Virus record (IMG/VR): IMGVR_UViG_3300028593_001667
Direction: 5' to 3' (one strand)
Length of the DNA stretch: 64,000 nucleotides
Source: a virus
A program made the translations under genes and the position numbers. Numbering within the stretch: position 1 is the first letter of the stretch; the number at the start of each line of letters is the position of its first letter. Below, one piece after another: positions 54,639-64,000 of this stretch. The notes under the pieces were generated by a model. It made no database searches. It was given only the letters and a program-made list of their open reading frames with translations, and was not told where the DNA came from.

Positions 54639-57239
54639 ATGGCAGATAATTTCGGCTTAAAGATTGGCCTTGAGGGTGAAAGAGAATTTAAAAAGGCCCT
54701 TACCGACATTAACCGATCCTTTAAGGTTTTAGGCTCGGAGATGAAGCTAATCACCTCCGAGTTTTCTAAAAACGACAAATCCGTGCAGGCTCTTTCCGCA
54801 CGAAACAGCGTCCTTAATAAAGAGATTGAAGCACAAAAACAAAAGATTGAAACCTTGAAGGCGGCTCTTGATAATGCCGCTGCTTCCTTTGGTGAAAACG
54901 ACAGAAGGACGCAGAACTGGCAAATCCAGCTAAACAATGCCAAGGCGGCATTGAACGGCATGGAGCAGGAGCTAAACGACAATAACGAAGCGCTAAGAGA
55001 AGCCGGCAAAAACTATGATGATGCGGAAAAATCCCTCTCCGACATGGATAAAGAAATGGACGATGTCACGGACAGCGCCGATGACATGGGAGAGAAAATA
55101 GAAGATGCGGGCGATTCGGCAGACAAATCCGAAGGAAAGTTTAGAAAGCTCGGCTCGGTCTTAAAAGGGATAGGTGCGGCGATGGGAGCCGTGGTTGTCG
55201 CTGCCGGAGCTGCCGCCGTCAAGCTTGGCAAAGAAGTCATCTCTTCTTTTGCCGACTATGAACAGCTGGTAGGCGGTGTCGATACTCTCTTTAAGGAATC
55301 GTCCGGGAAACTCCAGGACTATGCGGCAAACGCCTATAAAACGGCGGGACTTTCTGCGAATGAGTACATGGAGACGGTAACGGGCTTTTCGGCAAGCCTG
55401 ATCCAATCACTTGGCGGAGATACGGAAAAAGCAGTGAAATATGCCGATATGGCCATCACCGATATGTCGGATAACGCCAATAAGATGGGCACCGACATGA
55501 CCAGTATCCAAAACGCCTATCAGGGCTTTGCCAAGCAAAACTACACCATGCTCGACAACTTGAAACTGGGCTACGGCGGAACGAAATCCGAGATGGAACG
55601 GCTGCTGGCCGATGCCGAGAAGATTTCAGGGCTTGAGTTTAATATTGACTCCTACGCTGATGTAGTACAGGCGATTCACGTCATTCAGGATAATTTGGGG
55701 ATTACAGGCACGACGGCCTTGGAAGCGGAAGAGACCATCACCGGCTCCATCAATGCCATGCAAAGTGCCTTTGGAAATCTCCTTGTAGGCTTTGGACGGG
55801 CGGATGCCGATATTCAAATGCTGACAGGAAACGTGGTCGATGCTTTTAAGACCGTCGTTACCAACATTACCCCGGTTATCGAGAACATGATTCAGGCGCT
55901 TCCTGCCGTGACAGGGGCACTCCTTGAAGCGATTTCGGAGCTTTTGCCTTCGCTTCTTACCATGATCACCGATCTTTTTACACAGGTCTTGGAAACGTTG
56001 ATGAGCCTTCTTCCAAGCCTTATCCCGGTGGCGGTGGAAGCGATCCTGACGATTATAAATGCCATTATCGAAAACCTGCCCCTCTTGATTGAAGCGGCGG
56101 TTTTACTGATTGCAACACTGGTGCAAGGCTTGGGAGAAGCCATGCCAAATCTTATCCCGGCAGCCGTTTCAGCAATTGTGACGATTGTGCAGGGCTTAAT
56201 TGAGAATTTGCCACTACTCCTTGAAGCGGCCTTGCAGCTGATTATGGGGCTTGCGGAAGGTCTGATTGCGGCGATTCCGATCCTGATTGAAGCGCTCCCT
56301 CAGATTATTGAAGCGATTATCACCTTTTTATTGGAAGCGATCCCGCAGATTATTGAAACAGGTATCACTCTTTTGACAGCTCTGATCGAGGCTTTGCCTG
56401 ACATTATTACGCAGATTGTGACGGCGATTCCGCAGATTATAGATGCCCTGATTACGGCGATCTTAGGATCCATCCCGCAGATCATCGAAGCCGGGATTGA
56501 TCTTTTGGTAGCACTTATTCAGGCCCTTCCTCAGATTATTACAACGATTGTGCAGGCCATCCCGGAAATTATAGCCGCCATTGTGAACGCCTTTGCCGGA
56601 AACATCGACAAGATCATCATGGCAGGGGTAGAGCTTTTTGTTGCCCTTATCGAGAATCTTCCGACCATCATCGCTGAGATTGTAAAGGCGGTGCCGCAGA
56701 TTATTGAAGGCATTGTCAGCGCCTTTGGCTCTCTCATGTACAAGATCGTGGAAGTCGGCGGCAATATCGTCAAAGGTCTCTGGGAAGGCATCAAGGGACT
56801 GGCAGGCTGGATTTGGGACAAGGTATCCGGCTGGGCATCTGATCTTTGGAGCGGTATTAAGAGCTTCTTTGGTATTAGCTCTCCGTCAAAAGAAATGGCC
56901 TGGATCGGTGAAATGCTGGTAGAAGGACTAGCAGGTGCCATTGAACGCTCAGGCGGCGATGCGGTCAGAGCCAGTGAGGGCTTGGCAGAAGACATCAACG
57001 ATGTGATGGGTCAGCTCGGAAAAGATATGAGCGTGGCACTGCCGACAGATTTTCAGGTTCAGGCGGAATCGGCGGTAAGCGGTGCTTTGAGAGGAGTTGC
57101 TCCGATAGGCTCTTTTCCACAGATCACAATCGAGCAGATGTTTGTTCGAAGTGAAGACGATATCCGAAAAGTTTCGCAGGAGCTCTATAACCTTATTGAA
57201 GCAGGCTCCAGAGCACAAGGCCGCTTCTCGCCGGCGTAA
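54639..57239 (+). CDS. Tail tape measure protein
   Basis: FGLKIGLEGEREFK, QNYTMLDNLKLGYGGT, long array of amphipathic repeats (ALPQIIEAI). Confidence 0.95.
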   Translation: MADNFGLKIGLEGEREFKKALTDINRSFKVLGSEMKLITSEFSKNDKSVQALSARNSVLNKEIEAQKQKIETLKAALDNAAASFGENDRRTQNWQIQLNNAKAALNGMEQELNDNNEALREAGKNYDDAEKSLSDMDKEMDDVTDSADDMGEKIEDAGDSADKSEGKFRKLGSVLKGIGAAMGAVVVAAGAAAVKLGKEVISSFADYEQLVGGVDTLFKESSGKLQDYAANAYKTAGLSANEYMETVTGFSASLIQSLGGDTEKAVKYADMAITDMSDNANKMGTDMTSIQNAYQGFAKQNYTMLDNLKLGYGGTKSEMERLLADAEKISGLEFNIDSYADVVQAIHVIQDNLGITGTTALEAEETITGSINAMQSAFGNLLVGFGRADADIQMLTGNVVDAFKTVVTNITPVIENMIQALPAVTGALLEAISELLPSLLTMITDLFTQVLETLMSLLPSLIPVAVEAILTIINAIIENLPLLIEAAVLLIATLVQGLGEAMPNLIPAAVSAIVTIVQGLIENLPLLLEAALQLIMGLAEGLIAAIPILIEALPQIIEAIITFLLEAIPQIIETGITLLTALIEALPDIITQIVTAIPQIIDALITAILGSIPQIIEAGIDLLVALIQALPQIITTIVQAIPEIIAAIVNAFAGNIDKIIMAGVELFVALIENLPTIIAEIVKAVPQIIEGIVSAFGSLMYKIVEVGGNIVKGLWEGIKGLAGWIWDKVSGWASDLWSGIKSFFGISSPSKEMAWIGEMLVEGLAGAIERSGGDAVRASEGLAEDINDVMGQLGKDMSVALPTDFQVQAESAVSGALRGVAPIGSFPQITIEQMFVRSEDDIRKVSQELYNLIEAGSRAQGRFSPA

Positions 57240-57258
57240 AAGGAAGGAGTGATGCAGG

Positions 57259-58035
57259 GTGGGATTTATCTATAACGACATTTCGTCAAAAGACATGGAT
57301 GTAAAAGCACGGCTCACTTCTTGGCAGGTGTCCGGCATGCTGAGAAACTACTCGGCTTCCATTCCCGGAAAGTACGGCGTGGCGGACTTTGGCGCAGATA
57401 TGGATGCCAGAGAAATCTCGGTGTCCTGTTCCATCTTTCCCAAGCTTCGCTTTTCCGATCTGGTAGAAACCTTAGACCGGATTGCGCTCTGGCTTTCCCC
57501 GGTGGACGGCCTGAAACAACTGATTTTTGATGATGTGCCGGACCGCTATTTTATGGCAAGGCTAAAGGACAAGGTGGACTGCGAAAGAGTTATCCGTGCG
57601 GCCGGAGTATTTGACCTTTCCTTTTATTGCCCCGATCCTTTTGCCTATGCTTTGGAAGATGAAGTATTTACGATAACGGAAGCAGGAAAAACACTCATCA
57701 CACGAAGCCTTGGAAATATCGCATCAAGGCCTGTCTATTTCCTCAAAGGTAGTCTTGCAAAGGCTCCGGAAAACTATATCTCCATCTCTGTAAACGGCGT
57801 GGAGATGAAGATTATCAATGCGGAGCTTTCTTTGGGAGAGATCCTTGTGATCGACACGGAGAAGATGACGGCTTATGTGGAAGATGGAAGCGGGCTTGTG
57901 CTGAGAAACGCACTCCCTTATCTCAAGGAGCTGAACTTTCCGGAGCTTAGAATTGGCGAAAACAGCGTTCTTATTCAGGCTGTGAACGGAACTTTTTCAG
58001 AACTGAAAATCAATGCACGAAGCCGCTGGAGGTGA
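57259..58035 (+). CDS. Distal tail protein (Dit)
   Basis: Homologue of 723-1499, same length (258 aa). Confidence 0.88.
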   Translation: MGFIYNDISSKDMDVKARLTSWQVSGMLRNYSASIPGKYGVADFGADMDAREISVSCSIFPKLRFSDLVETLDRIALWLSPVDGLKQLIFDDVPDRYFMARLKDKVDCERVIRAAGVFDLSFYCPDPFAYALEDEVFTITEAGKTLITRSLGNIASRPVYFLKGSLAKAPENYISISVNGVEMKIINAELSLGEILVIDTEKMTAYVEDGSGLVLRNALPYLKELNFPELRIGENSVLIQAVNGTFSELKINARSRWR

Positions 58036-58039
58036 TGAC

Positions 58040-60562
58040 ATGGCGCTTAAATTAACGATTCAATCACAAGAAGATTTTACGGGCGAGTTTCCGGCTGCCC
58101 TTGCCAAATCCGGTCTTTGGCGTTTCAACGAGGACAGCTTCGATGACCAGGGGTTTCTTTTAGGTTCCTCCGGCAATCATCGCAAGATGGAAGTCATAAA
58201 CCGAAGTGGCACAACGGCAGGGATTCGCTCAGGCGTGATGGGAAATTATGTCCAGTTAAACCTCCATGATCCGGGAATGGAACAGTCCTATTTAAAACTT
58301 ACCAATGACGGCAGCATTTTTCAGAATATCGGCGATACGATTTTAGTCGGCGGCTGGATCAAACCGACGATTTACTCTATCGGGAATACCTACTGCCCGC
58401 TTTTTAATACCAGATCAGGTCCCGGCCAGCCGATCTTTTATCTTTCCTTCTTTCAGGGAAGACCGCGCATCATGCTCTATAACGAAGCAGGCTCGCTTAT
58501 TCTGGACAGGACGACCTCTCCCTCCTTCACTTTAAAAAACGGCGGGATTTATTTTATTGCCTGTATCATTCGGCCAAATGCCAAAACGGCACAGTATGTC
58601 ATAGGCGACAGGTCGGACGGCAAGTGCTGGGTATCGGAAGTCTACTCTTTTACAGGTGAACTGAATCGCTTATGCACAGCGGATATTGTCATGGGCATGC
58701 ACGCCGGAAGCTACTGGTATGCAGGCGGCTTTGACGACTGGTTTTTGGATACAGATTCAGAACTTACCATGCAGGATCTGGAAGAGTATTTTCGCTCCTC
58801 TTATTTTGCAAGCGGCGGTGACAGTGCTTCATCGGTTGATGCATTAACCGAGCCCGGCAAAGTGCTCTTAAAGAAAGCAGATGGTGTCTATCCGTTAACC
58901 GGAGAGCTTTTGACAACGGCAAAACCGATGTCTCTTTCCGGTACAGGAAGGATTGCCATTACTAAGGAATATGAAGCGGGCGTAACGGATATTTCAGCGG
59001 TGGAATATGGACTAAGCTCCGACCTCAGTACATGGGGTGAATGGACTGCTCTTCCGGAAGACGGAAAAATCAAGGCTACAGCTAACTACATCCGCTTTCG
59101 CATCACCTTTACGACAAACGATACAAAGAAAACGCCAAAGCTTCTTGATATCAGAATCTACGATATCCCCAAAGTCCCTTATGAAAAGATGGGCTTTGCA
59201 AGGCCCGTGATTTTGACAAAAGAGGGTGCCTGGGAAGCGGTTCTGGAAAACGCCTATGACATTATTGTCACAAGTGAGATCAACGGCGAGGATACGCTCC
59301 ACTTTAAACTTCCTTTCAGAGATGAAAAAAGAAGCTCTTTAGAAAACGAGAAGAAAATTCAAATCGTTGATGATATCTATAAGGTTAGAACCATCAACGA
59401 CATCAAGGACGCTTCGGGAAACACCGTGACGGAAGTCTATGCCGAAGCGGAGTTTTACGATCTGACCTTCAGCGTCCGCAAAGAAGAAAAAAGCTTTGAT
59501 GCAGAGACGGCGGAAACAGCGATGGCTTACGCTCTTGAGGGCACAGAGTGGCATGTCGGCACGGTCAATGTCAAGACAAAACGCACCTGGGTATCGCAAG
59601 AGAAGAATGCCCTTTCCATCCTTCGTGCTGTTGCAAGCCTTCACGGAGGCGATCTGGTCTTTGACTCATCCAACAGGCTCGTTCATCTCTATACGGTGAG
59701 CGGCAGGGATTCAGGCGCTCTTTTTGCCTACAGAAAGAATATGAAAAGCATTGAACGGGTCATCGATACAAGAAATCTTGTGACACGCTTGTATGCACTA
59801 GGAGCGGACGGGATGACTTTTTCCGATATCAATGGCGGCAAGCCCTATCTGGAAGATTTCACCTATTCAAATGATGTGCGTATCTCCACACTTGACTGTT
59901 CTTCCTTTACCAATCCCTACCAGATGAAGGAGTTCACGGCGATGCGGTTGGCGCAATACGCCAAACCGAAAATCTCCTATGTCCTTCATGCGATGGACTT
60001 ATCCGTCCTTACGGGCTTTTCTCATGAAGCCTGGTCACTGGGAGACTATGTCCTTGTGGAAGACAAGGAGCTGGGGATTTCCGTAACGACAAGGATTGTG
60101 CGAAGAGAATATAACCTGCAGGAGCCTTGGAATACGGTGCTGGAACTGTCGACGACCTTAAAAAATCTCGGATCTTCCGTGGAAAGGCTGGAGACCATCG
60201 CAGATACCCTGGAAGGTGCAGGAGCTTTTGGTGGCGGCAACATCTCCGATATGGTGCCCTTTAACCATCTGAAAAACTCTCGGGCGGATGACGGGATGGC
60301 CTACTGGCTGAATTCCGGCTTTGAAGCCGTGAACGAGACGGGCGGTACGGGAACAGCCGCTTTTAAGGCGGAAGGTGCGGCAGGACTTACAAAGTCTATG
60401 GCGCAGACCGTTTACCCTTCCAATCGTAAAAGCTATACCTTGTCTCTGGCCATCGCTTCGGAAAACTTGGAGAAACTTTCGGATACTTCTCAGGTCGGCG
60501 TGGAAGTGGAAATCGAATATGAAGACGGAAGCATTGAGACGAGATTTATCGACCTTTATTAG
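58040..60562 (+). CDS. Tail spike / Tal-like protein
   Basis: Homologue of 1502-4027. Confidence 0.85.
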   Translation: MALKLTIQSQEDFTGEFPAALAKSGLWRFNEDSFDDQGFLLGSSGNHRKMEVINRSGTTAGIRSGVMGNYVQLNLHDPGMEQSYLKLTNDGSIFQNIGDTILVGGWIKPTIYSIGNTYCPLFNTRSGPGQPIFYLSFFQGRPRIMLYNEAGSLILDRTTSPSFTLKNGGIYFIACIIRPNAKTAQYVIGDRSDGKCWVSEVYSFTGELNRLCTADIVMGMHAGSYWYAGGFDDWFLDTDSELTMQDLEEYFRSSYFASGGDSASSVDALTEPGKVLLKKADGVYPLTGELLTTAKPMSLSGTGRIAITKEYEAGVTDISAVEYGLSSDLSTWGEWTALPEDGKIKATANYIRFRITFTTNDTKKTPKLLDIRIYDIPKVPYEKMGFARPVILTKEGAWEAVLENAYDIIVTSEINGEDTLHFKLPFRDEKRSSLENEKKIQIVDDIYKVRTINDIKDASGNTVTEVYAEAEFYDLTFSVRKEEKSFDAETAETAMAYALEGTEWHVGTVNVKTKRTWVSQEKNALSILRAVASLHGGDLVFDSSNRLVHLYTVSGRDSGALFAYRKNMKSIERVIDTRNLVTRLYALGADGMTFSDINGGKPYLEDFTYSNDVRISTLDCSSFTNPYQMKEFTAMRLAQYAKPKISYVLHAMDLSVLTGFSHEAWSLGDYVLVEDKELGISVTTRIVRREYNLQEPWNTVLELSTTLKNLGSSVERLETIADTLEGAGAFGGGNISDMVPFNHLKNSRADDGMAYWLNSGFEAVNETGGTGTAAFKAEGAAGLTKSMAQTVYPSNRKSYTLSLAIASENLEKLSDTSQVGVEVEIEYEDGSIETRFIDLY

Positions 60563-60573
60563 GGGGTGAGCGG

Positions 60574-60771
60574 ATGGCCTATTTTAGAAAAGTAAAAGAC
60601 AGCATTGCGCCTAAGGGCTATATGTCAAGGCTAAAATCCGTCACGGTGCGTATCTTTATTTCAGACTGCACCGGACAAATCTTTGTGACGGATATCCTCC
60701 TTCAGGGCGGCTCTCTTGCGACCGGCTGGGTGCCGCACCCTTCCGAGATTCGCTTTACGCTGGACGGGTGA
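60574..60771 (+). CDS. Small tail-associated protein (65 aa)
   Basis: Homologue of 4039-4236. Confidence 0.8.
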   Translation: MAYFRKVKDSIAPKGYMSRLKSVTVRIFISDCTGQIFVTDILLQGGSLATGWVPHPSEIRFTLDG

Positions 60772-60775
60772 TGCT

Positions 60776-61348
60776 ATGAAGAAGTTTTACAGGCTCTCTG
60801 AGACCATAAATAAAAAACAGGACAAGCGAGTCGTGTCCGTGACAATTAAGCCGCTTTTAACCGACATGGCAGGTACCATTTGGCTAACCGATCTCATGCT
60901 TCAGGAAGGTGATCGGGTGACGGGCTTTTATCCGCACACGGAGATCATGCTTCAAAAAGAGCGTGAAGGCGGCGTAATCAAGGAGCCTGTCTGGTATAAC
61001 GGAATCGTCCGAGGACAGGAAACCCTGATCCTCTTTAATCTTGGGAAGACTTCCACAGGTCTTGATATCAAGCTATACCCTAAATCGGATATGAAAGCTG
61101 TGACGATCTCGCAGGCGGCAGGCGGACAAAGAGCCTTTTTCCCCGGGATTTTGCAAAAGGACGATGAGCTGATTTTTTCCGCACCGGAAAGAAAGACAGT
61201 AAGCAATGGACATCCTTTTCAAAAAGAAGGCTTTTATTCATACAGTGCCGCTTGGGATTCCAAGCACAAGATCGAGCTTCCTGAAGGAAAATCTGCGAGA
61301 GTGCTCTTTACCTTACAGCAAATGGAGGAAGGAGGTGAGCCGTTTTGA
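60776..61348 (+). CDS. Tail-associated protein
   Basis: Homologue of 4245-4820. Confidence 0.8.
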   Translation: MKKFYRLSETINKKQDKRVVSVTIKPLLTDMAGTIWLTDLMLQEGDRVTGFYPHTEIMLQKEREGGVIKEPVWYNGIVRGQETLILFNLGKTSTGLDIKLYPKSDMKAVTISQAAGGQRAFFPGILQKDDELIFSAPERKTVSNGHPFQKEGFYSYSAAWDSKHKIELPEGKSARVLFTLQQMEEGGEPF

Positions 61349-63810
61349 TTGACCCCTTAAAAAATAGAGAAATCATGGTCTGGACCTTTATGGGAAACGC
61401 CAGAATGTATGAAGCATTGGAAAAGTACGGAGACCGCATCAATCAGATCGGTCTTTTTTCTTTTAAGGTACGGGCGACAGGTGAAATCTATGAAACCGGA
61501 GTCGCTATATCTGACATGATGCCCTATATAAGGAAATGGCCGCATATCCGCTGGCTTTTAACTGTCGCTAACGATGGCTACAATTCCATCTTCAAGGCCA
61601 TACGGGAAAACACAAACGGTGCTCAGGATATGTTCTTATTCGAGCTTATCCGCATCATGGAAAAGTATCCCTGGTGCGACGGTGTGGATATTGACCTGGA
61701 AGGCGGAGGAGATTACTCTACAGCGGCTAAGTCCACAGCGATGTTTCAAAACATCTATCAAGCCGTTAAAAGCTACGACGTAAGAAAACGCATCAACATC
61801 TGCCTTCCCGGCATGACAAGCGTGAAAGGCTCGGTCGGCGGTGAAAACTGGTGTGTTTACGGAGACCTTGCGCCGTACTGCGATACGGCATCCATTATGA
61901 GCTACGGCATGGCCTGGGCGGGTTCTGCTCCGGGGCCTGTTTCTCCGAGAGACTGGCTGGAAGGCATCTATGACTATGCCGTATCCGTGATGCCGCCTGA
62001 AAAGATTTATTTCGGCATGCCGGCTTACGGCTGGAACTGGCAGATTTATGACACACCGAAAAACTTAGGCGACACCTACCGGGGCGTATCGCATACCTAT
62101 TACGGAGCAAAGAACTGGATGACGGGCTACTATCAGTTTAAGGAAACGGCGCCCGCTTCTCCTCAGATTCCCATCGTTGCTTACTGGGATGATTATGACA
62201 AGGGACCCTTTGCTCTTCCGCATGTCTATGACTACATGGAAGGACGGGATGCTGAACATTACAGCTATCCTTTGATGGGTGAAGTCTATAAACGAAGACG
62301 GTATCTCACCTCCTACGGAAAGACGCAAAAGACAAACTTTGACGGTGTCGTTGTTGACAGAAATGCAGAGCCTGATTCCTATTCCGGCATTGTCTCCATA
62401 TCTGACGGAATGATTACGCTCGGAGATAACGGAGAAGCCGTCTATGAGTTTAATGTGCCGGCTGCAGGAAGCTACGATTTGGCCGTTAAGCTCGGTTTCC
62501 CTCTGTGGGATAAAAACAGCGTCCGGCTTTCGCTTGACGGCATAAGCGTTCTTGTCGAGGAGCACAGGCTCTGGTGGCCCTACTGGCGGACGACCTTTTG
62601 GAAAGGCGTATGGAAGGCGGTCTCTCTATCTGCCGGAACACATACGCTTACCGTATCGGTTGCCGCAAAGGGCGTGCAGTTTTACGGCTTTAAGGTCTGC
62701 AGTTCTTTTGCCGAAGAAACATCCGTCAGCGAAGCAAGTTACCTTTTGTCTCCGAGAAAGTTTAAGGACATACACGGCGTGATGGTGGCTCCAAGAGAGG
62801 GCTTTAAGCTTACTTTTGAAATGCTCAGAAGGAAAGCGGACTCCGCCCTTATCTGGTATGAGGATTTTAGAGACCGGCCACCGCTTCCTGAAAGCTACTG
62901 GTCCATCCTTTCCGGTGAGTGGCAGGTCTGGCAGGAGGATGAGTTCGGGAAAAACCGTCCTTACTCACAGCTGGAAGGCTACGGAGAGCTTGCCTTAAAT
63001 TATGGCGGTTTTCACGATCTTCACCTGCGGGCACAGCTCATCTTCCCTCAAGGCTTTACCGGAAGGACGGGCATTTTCCTAGGCGATCTGTTTTGCTGCC
63101 TGAACTACGAAGAACAGGCGGTGGAGCTGTATCAGGGAGATGTCTTACTTGGAAGTTATGCGACTTCTTTTGAGAAGACGGCTGATGCCGAGATACGAGA
63201 TGCCCCAAATCTTTATACGATTGAAATGAGAAAAAGAGGCACGAATGTCAGGGTGTATTCCGGTGCGTCAAGCAGTCTGCGTTTTCAAAGAACGGTGGCA
63301 AATACATCGGGCTTTGCAGGCATACGCTCAGACAGCAAAGTACACTGCCAGCTCTTTCGTGTGGGAGACAGCTTCACCTATGAACCCTACGAGTGCTTTG
63401 ATGTCGTGCTGCCTGATGGAAGTCAGACGAGTTTTGGCAGGATTCAAAGAACCGGGGTTTCCTGGGATGAAGAGTTTCAGGTTTTTACCGTCACCTCAGA
63501 TATTGAGGAACATGAGACGAGAACGGAAAGCATCTCTCTTGATTATGAGTTTTTCCATTCGAGTCTTCTGCCTCTGGTCTGCGGAAACGACTATCAGGTG
63601 AAGGTCATTCCAAGAGACATCAATGTCTGGATTTCACGGCTTTTCTTAGGCGATTCCGACGGCTTTTCCATCCTCTATTACCAGGATGTGGACTCGCTCA
63701 TCTACTGGGCAAATGAAGCCGCTTATCGCTGGAAAGTCAGGGGTATGTGCATGTGGTCACTCGGCCAGGAGGATTTAAGGCTCTGGGAGTGGCTGCCAAA
63801 ACAGGTATAG
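61345..63810 (+). CDS. GH18 glycoside hydrolase with a large insertion
   Basis: DGVDIDLE and RGMCMWSLGQED; homologue of 4817-7279. Confidence 0.87.
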   Translation: MIDPLKNREIMVWTFMGNARMYEALEKYGDRINQIGLFSFKVRATGEIYETGVAISDMMPYIRKWPHIRWLLTVANDGYNSIFKAIRENTNGAQDMFLFELIRIMEKYPWCDGVDIDLEGGGDYSTAAKSTAMFQNIYQAVKSYDVRKRINICLPGMTSVKGSVGGENWCVYGDLAPYCDTASIMSYGMAWAGSAPGPVSPRDWLEGIYDYAVSVMPPEKIYFGMPAYGWNWQIYDTPKNLGDTYRGVSHTYYGAKNWMTGYYQFKETAPASPQIPIVAYWDDYDKGPFALPHVYDYMEGRDAEHYSYPLMGEVYKRRRYLTSYGKTQKTNFDGVVVDRNAEPDSYSGIVSISDGMITLGDNGEAVYEFNVPAAGSYDLAVKLGFPLWDKNSVRLSLDGISVLVEEHRLWWPYWRTTFWKGVWKAVSLSAGTHTLTVSVAAKGVQFYGFKVCSSFAEETSVSEASYLLSPRKFKDIHGVMVAPREGFKLTFEMLRRKADSALIWYEDFRDRPPLPESYWSILSGEWQVWQEDEFGKNRPYSQLEGYGELALNYGGFHDLHLRAQLIFPQGFTGRTGIFLGDLFCCLNYEEQAVELYQGDVLLGSYATSFEKTADAEIRDAPNLYTIEMRKRGTNVRVYSGASSSLRFQRTVANTSGFAGIRSDSKVHCQLFRVGDSFTYEPYECFDVVLPDGSQTSFGRIQRTGVSWDEEFQVFTVTSDIEEHETRTESISLDYEFFHSSLLPLVCGNDYQVKVIPRDINVWISRLFLGDSDGFSILYYQDVDSLIYWANEAAYRWKVRGMCMWSLGQEDLRLWEWLPKQV

Positions 63811-63891
63811 ATTTCATCAATTACATCATTTTGTACAAGGAAGTGTCTGCCATAGCGCAGGCATTTTTTATTTGGAAGGAGGATTTTTAAT

Positions 63892-64000
63892 ATGAAACAA
63901 ATCTGGTCTGTCGTACAGACGGCATTTACGGCTGTAGGAGGTTTCCTGGGCTGGTATCTGGGAGGGCTTGACGGCTTTCTCTATGCACTCATTGTCTTTG
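63892..64000 (+). CDS. Holin, 5' part (runs off the window)
   Basis: MKQIWSVVQTAFTAVGGFLGWYLGGLDGFLYAL, homologous to 7355-7768. Confidence 0.88.
   Translation, partial: MKQIWSVVQTAFTAVGGFLGWYLGGLDGFLYALIVF

Larger units (their letters stand above)
12066..64000. mobile_element. Prophage 2 (siphovirus, HK97-type head, serine-recombinase integration); runs off the right edge
   Basis: Integration, replication, packaging, head, tail and start of lysis modules all present. Confidence 0.8.

Noticed and set aside
55860..56720. Strong periodic nucleotide repeats
   Set aside because: Ordinary amphipathic repeats of the tape measure protein
56531..64000. Possible diversity-generating retroelement or exact duplication explaining the two tail modules
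   Set aside because: No reverse transcriptase in the window, and differences are spread over kilobases without being confined to adenines

Overview
The window holds two related but clearly diverged siphovirus-type prophages of a Bacillota (Clostridia-like) host, arranged in tandem. Bases 1-~9000 are the tail and lysis end of prophage 1 (tape measure, Dit, tail spike, GH18 protein, holin, amidase endolysin). Bases ~9000-12066 are a mosaic: a hypothetical gene, a phd-doc toxin-antitoxin pair, a recombinase relic, an orphan origin-like inverted repeat, and an HTH gene followed by a type III-like mod gene that breaks off just before its DPPY catalytic motif. Prophage 2 apparently starts at that break and runs off the right edge. 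Its left arm has GmrSD-like and DUF5063 cargo, two large serine recombinases and a minus-strand sigma factor-to-DNA polymerase A operon. A defence island (type III R-M plus Hachiman) follows, then a plus-strand primase/SNF2 module, a packaging module carrying MetK and two DNA methyltransferases, and HK97-type head and tail genes. The most notable non-gene signals are: a 43-bp motif present three times (candidate phage-sigma promoter, two copies flanking a possibly inverted 16-kb block); a heavily structured leader on the sigma gene preceded by an Arg/Lys-rich peptide; repeated ~118-bp expression cassettes before small genes; repeated element-end motifs around the cargo; a HamA lacking the usual E-x-K motif; and a tail domain apparently split across separate genes in both prophages. 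All family assignments come from motif recognition by eye; no database searches were run.
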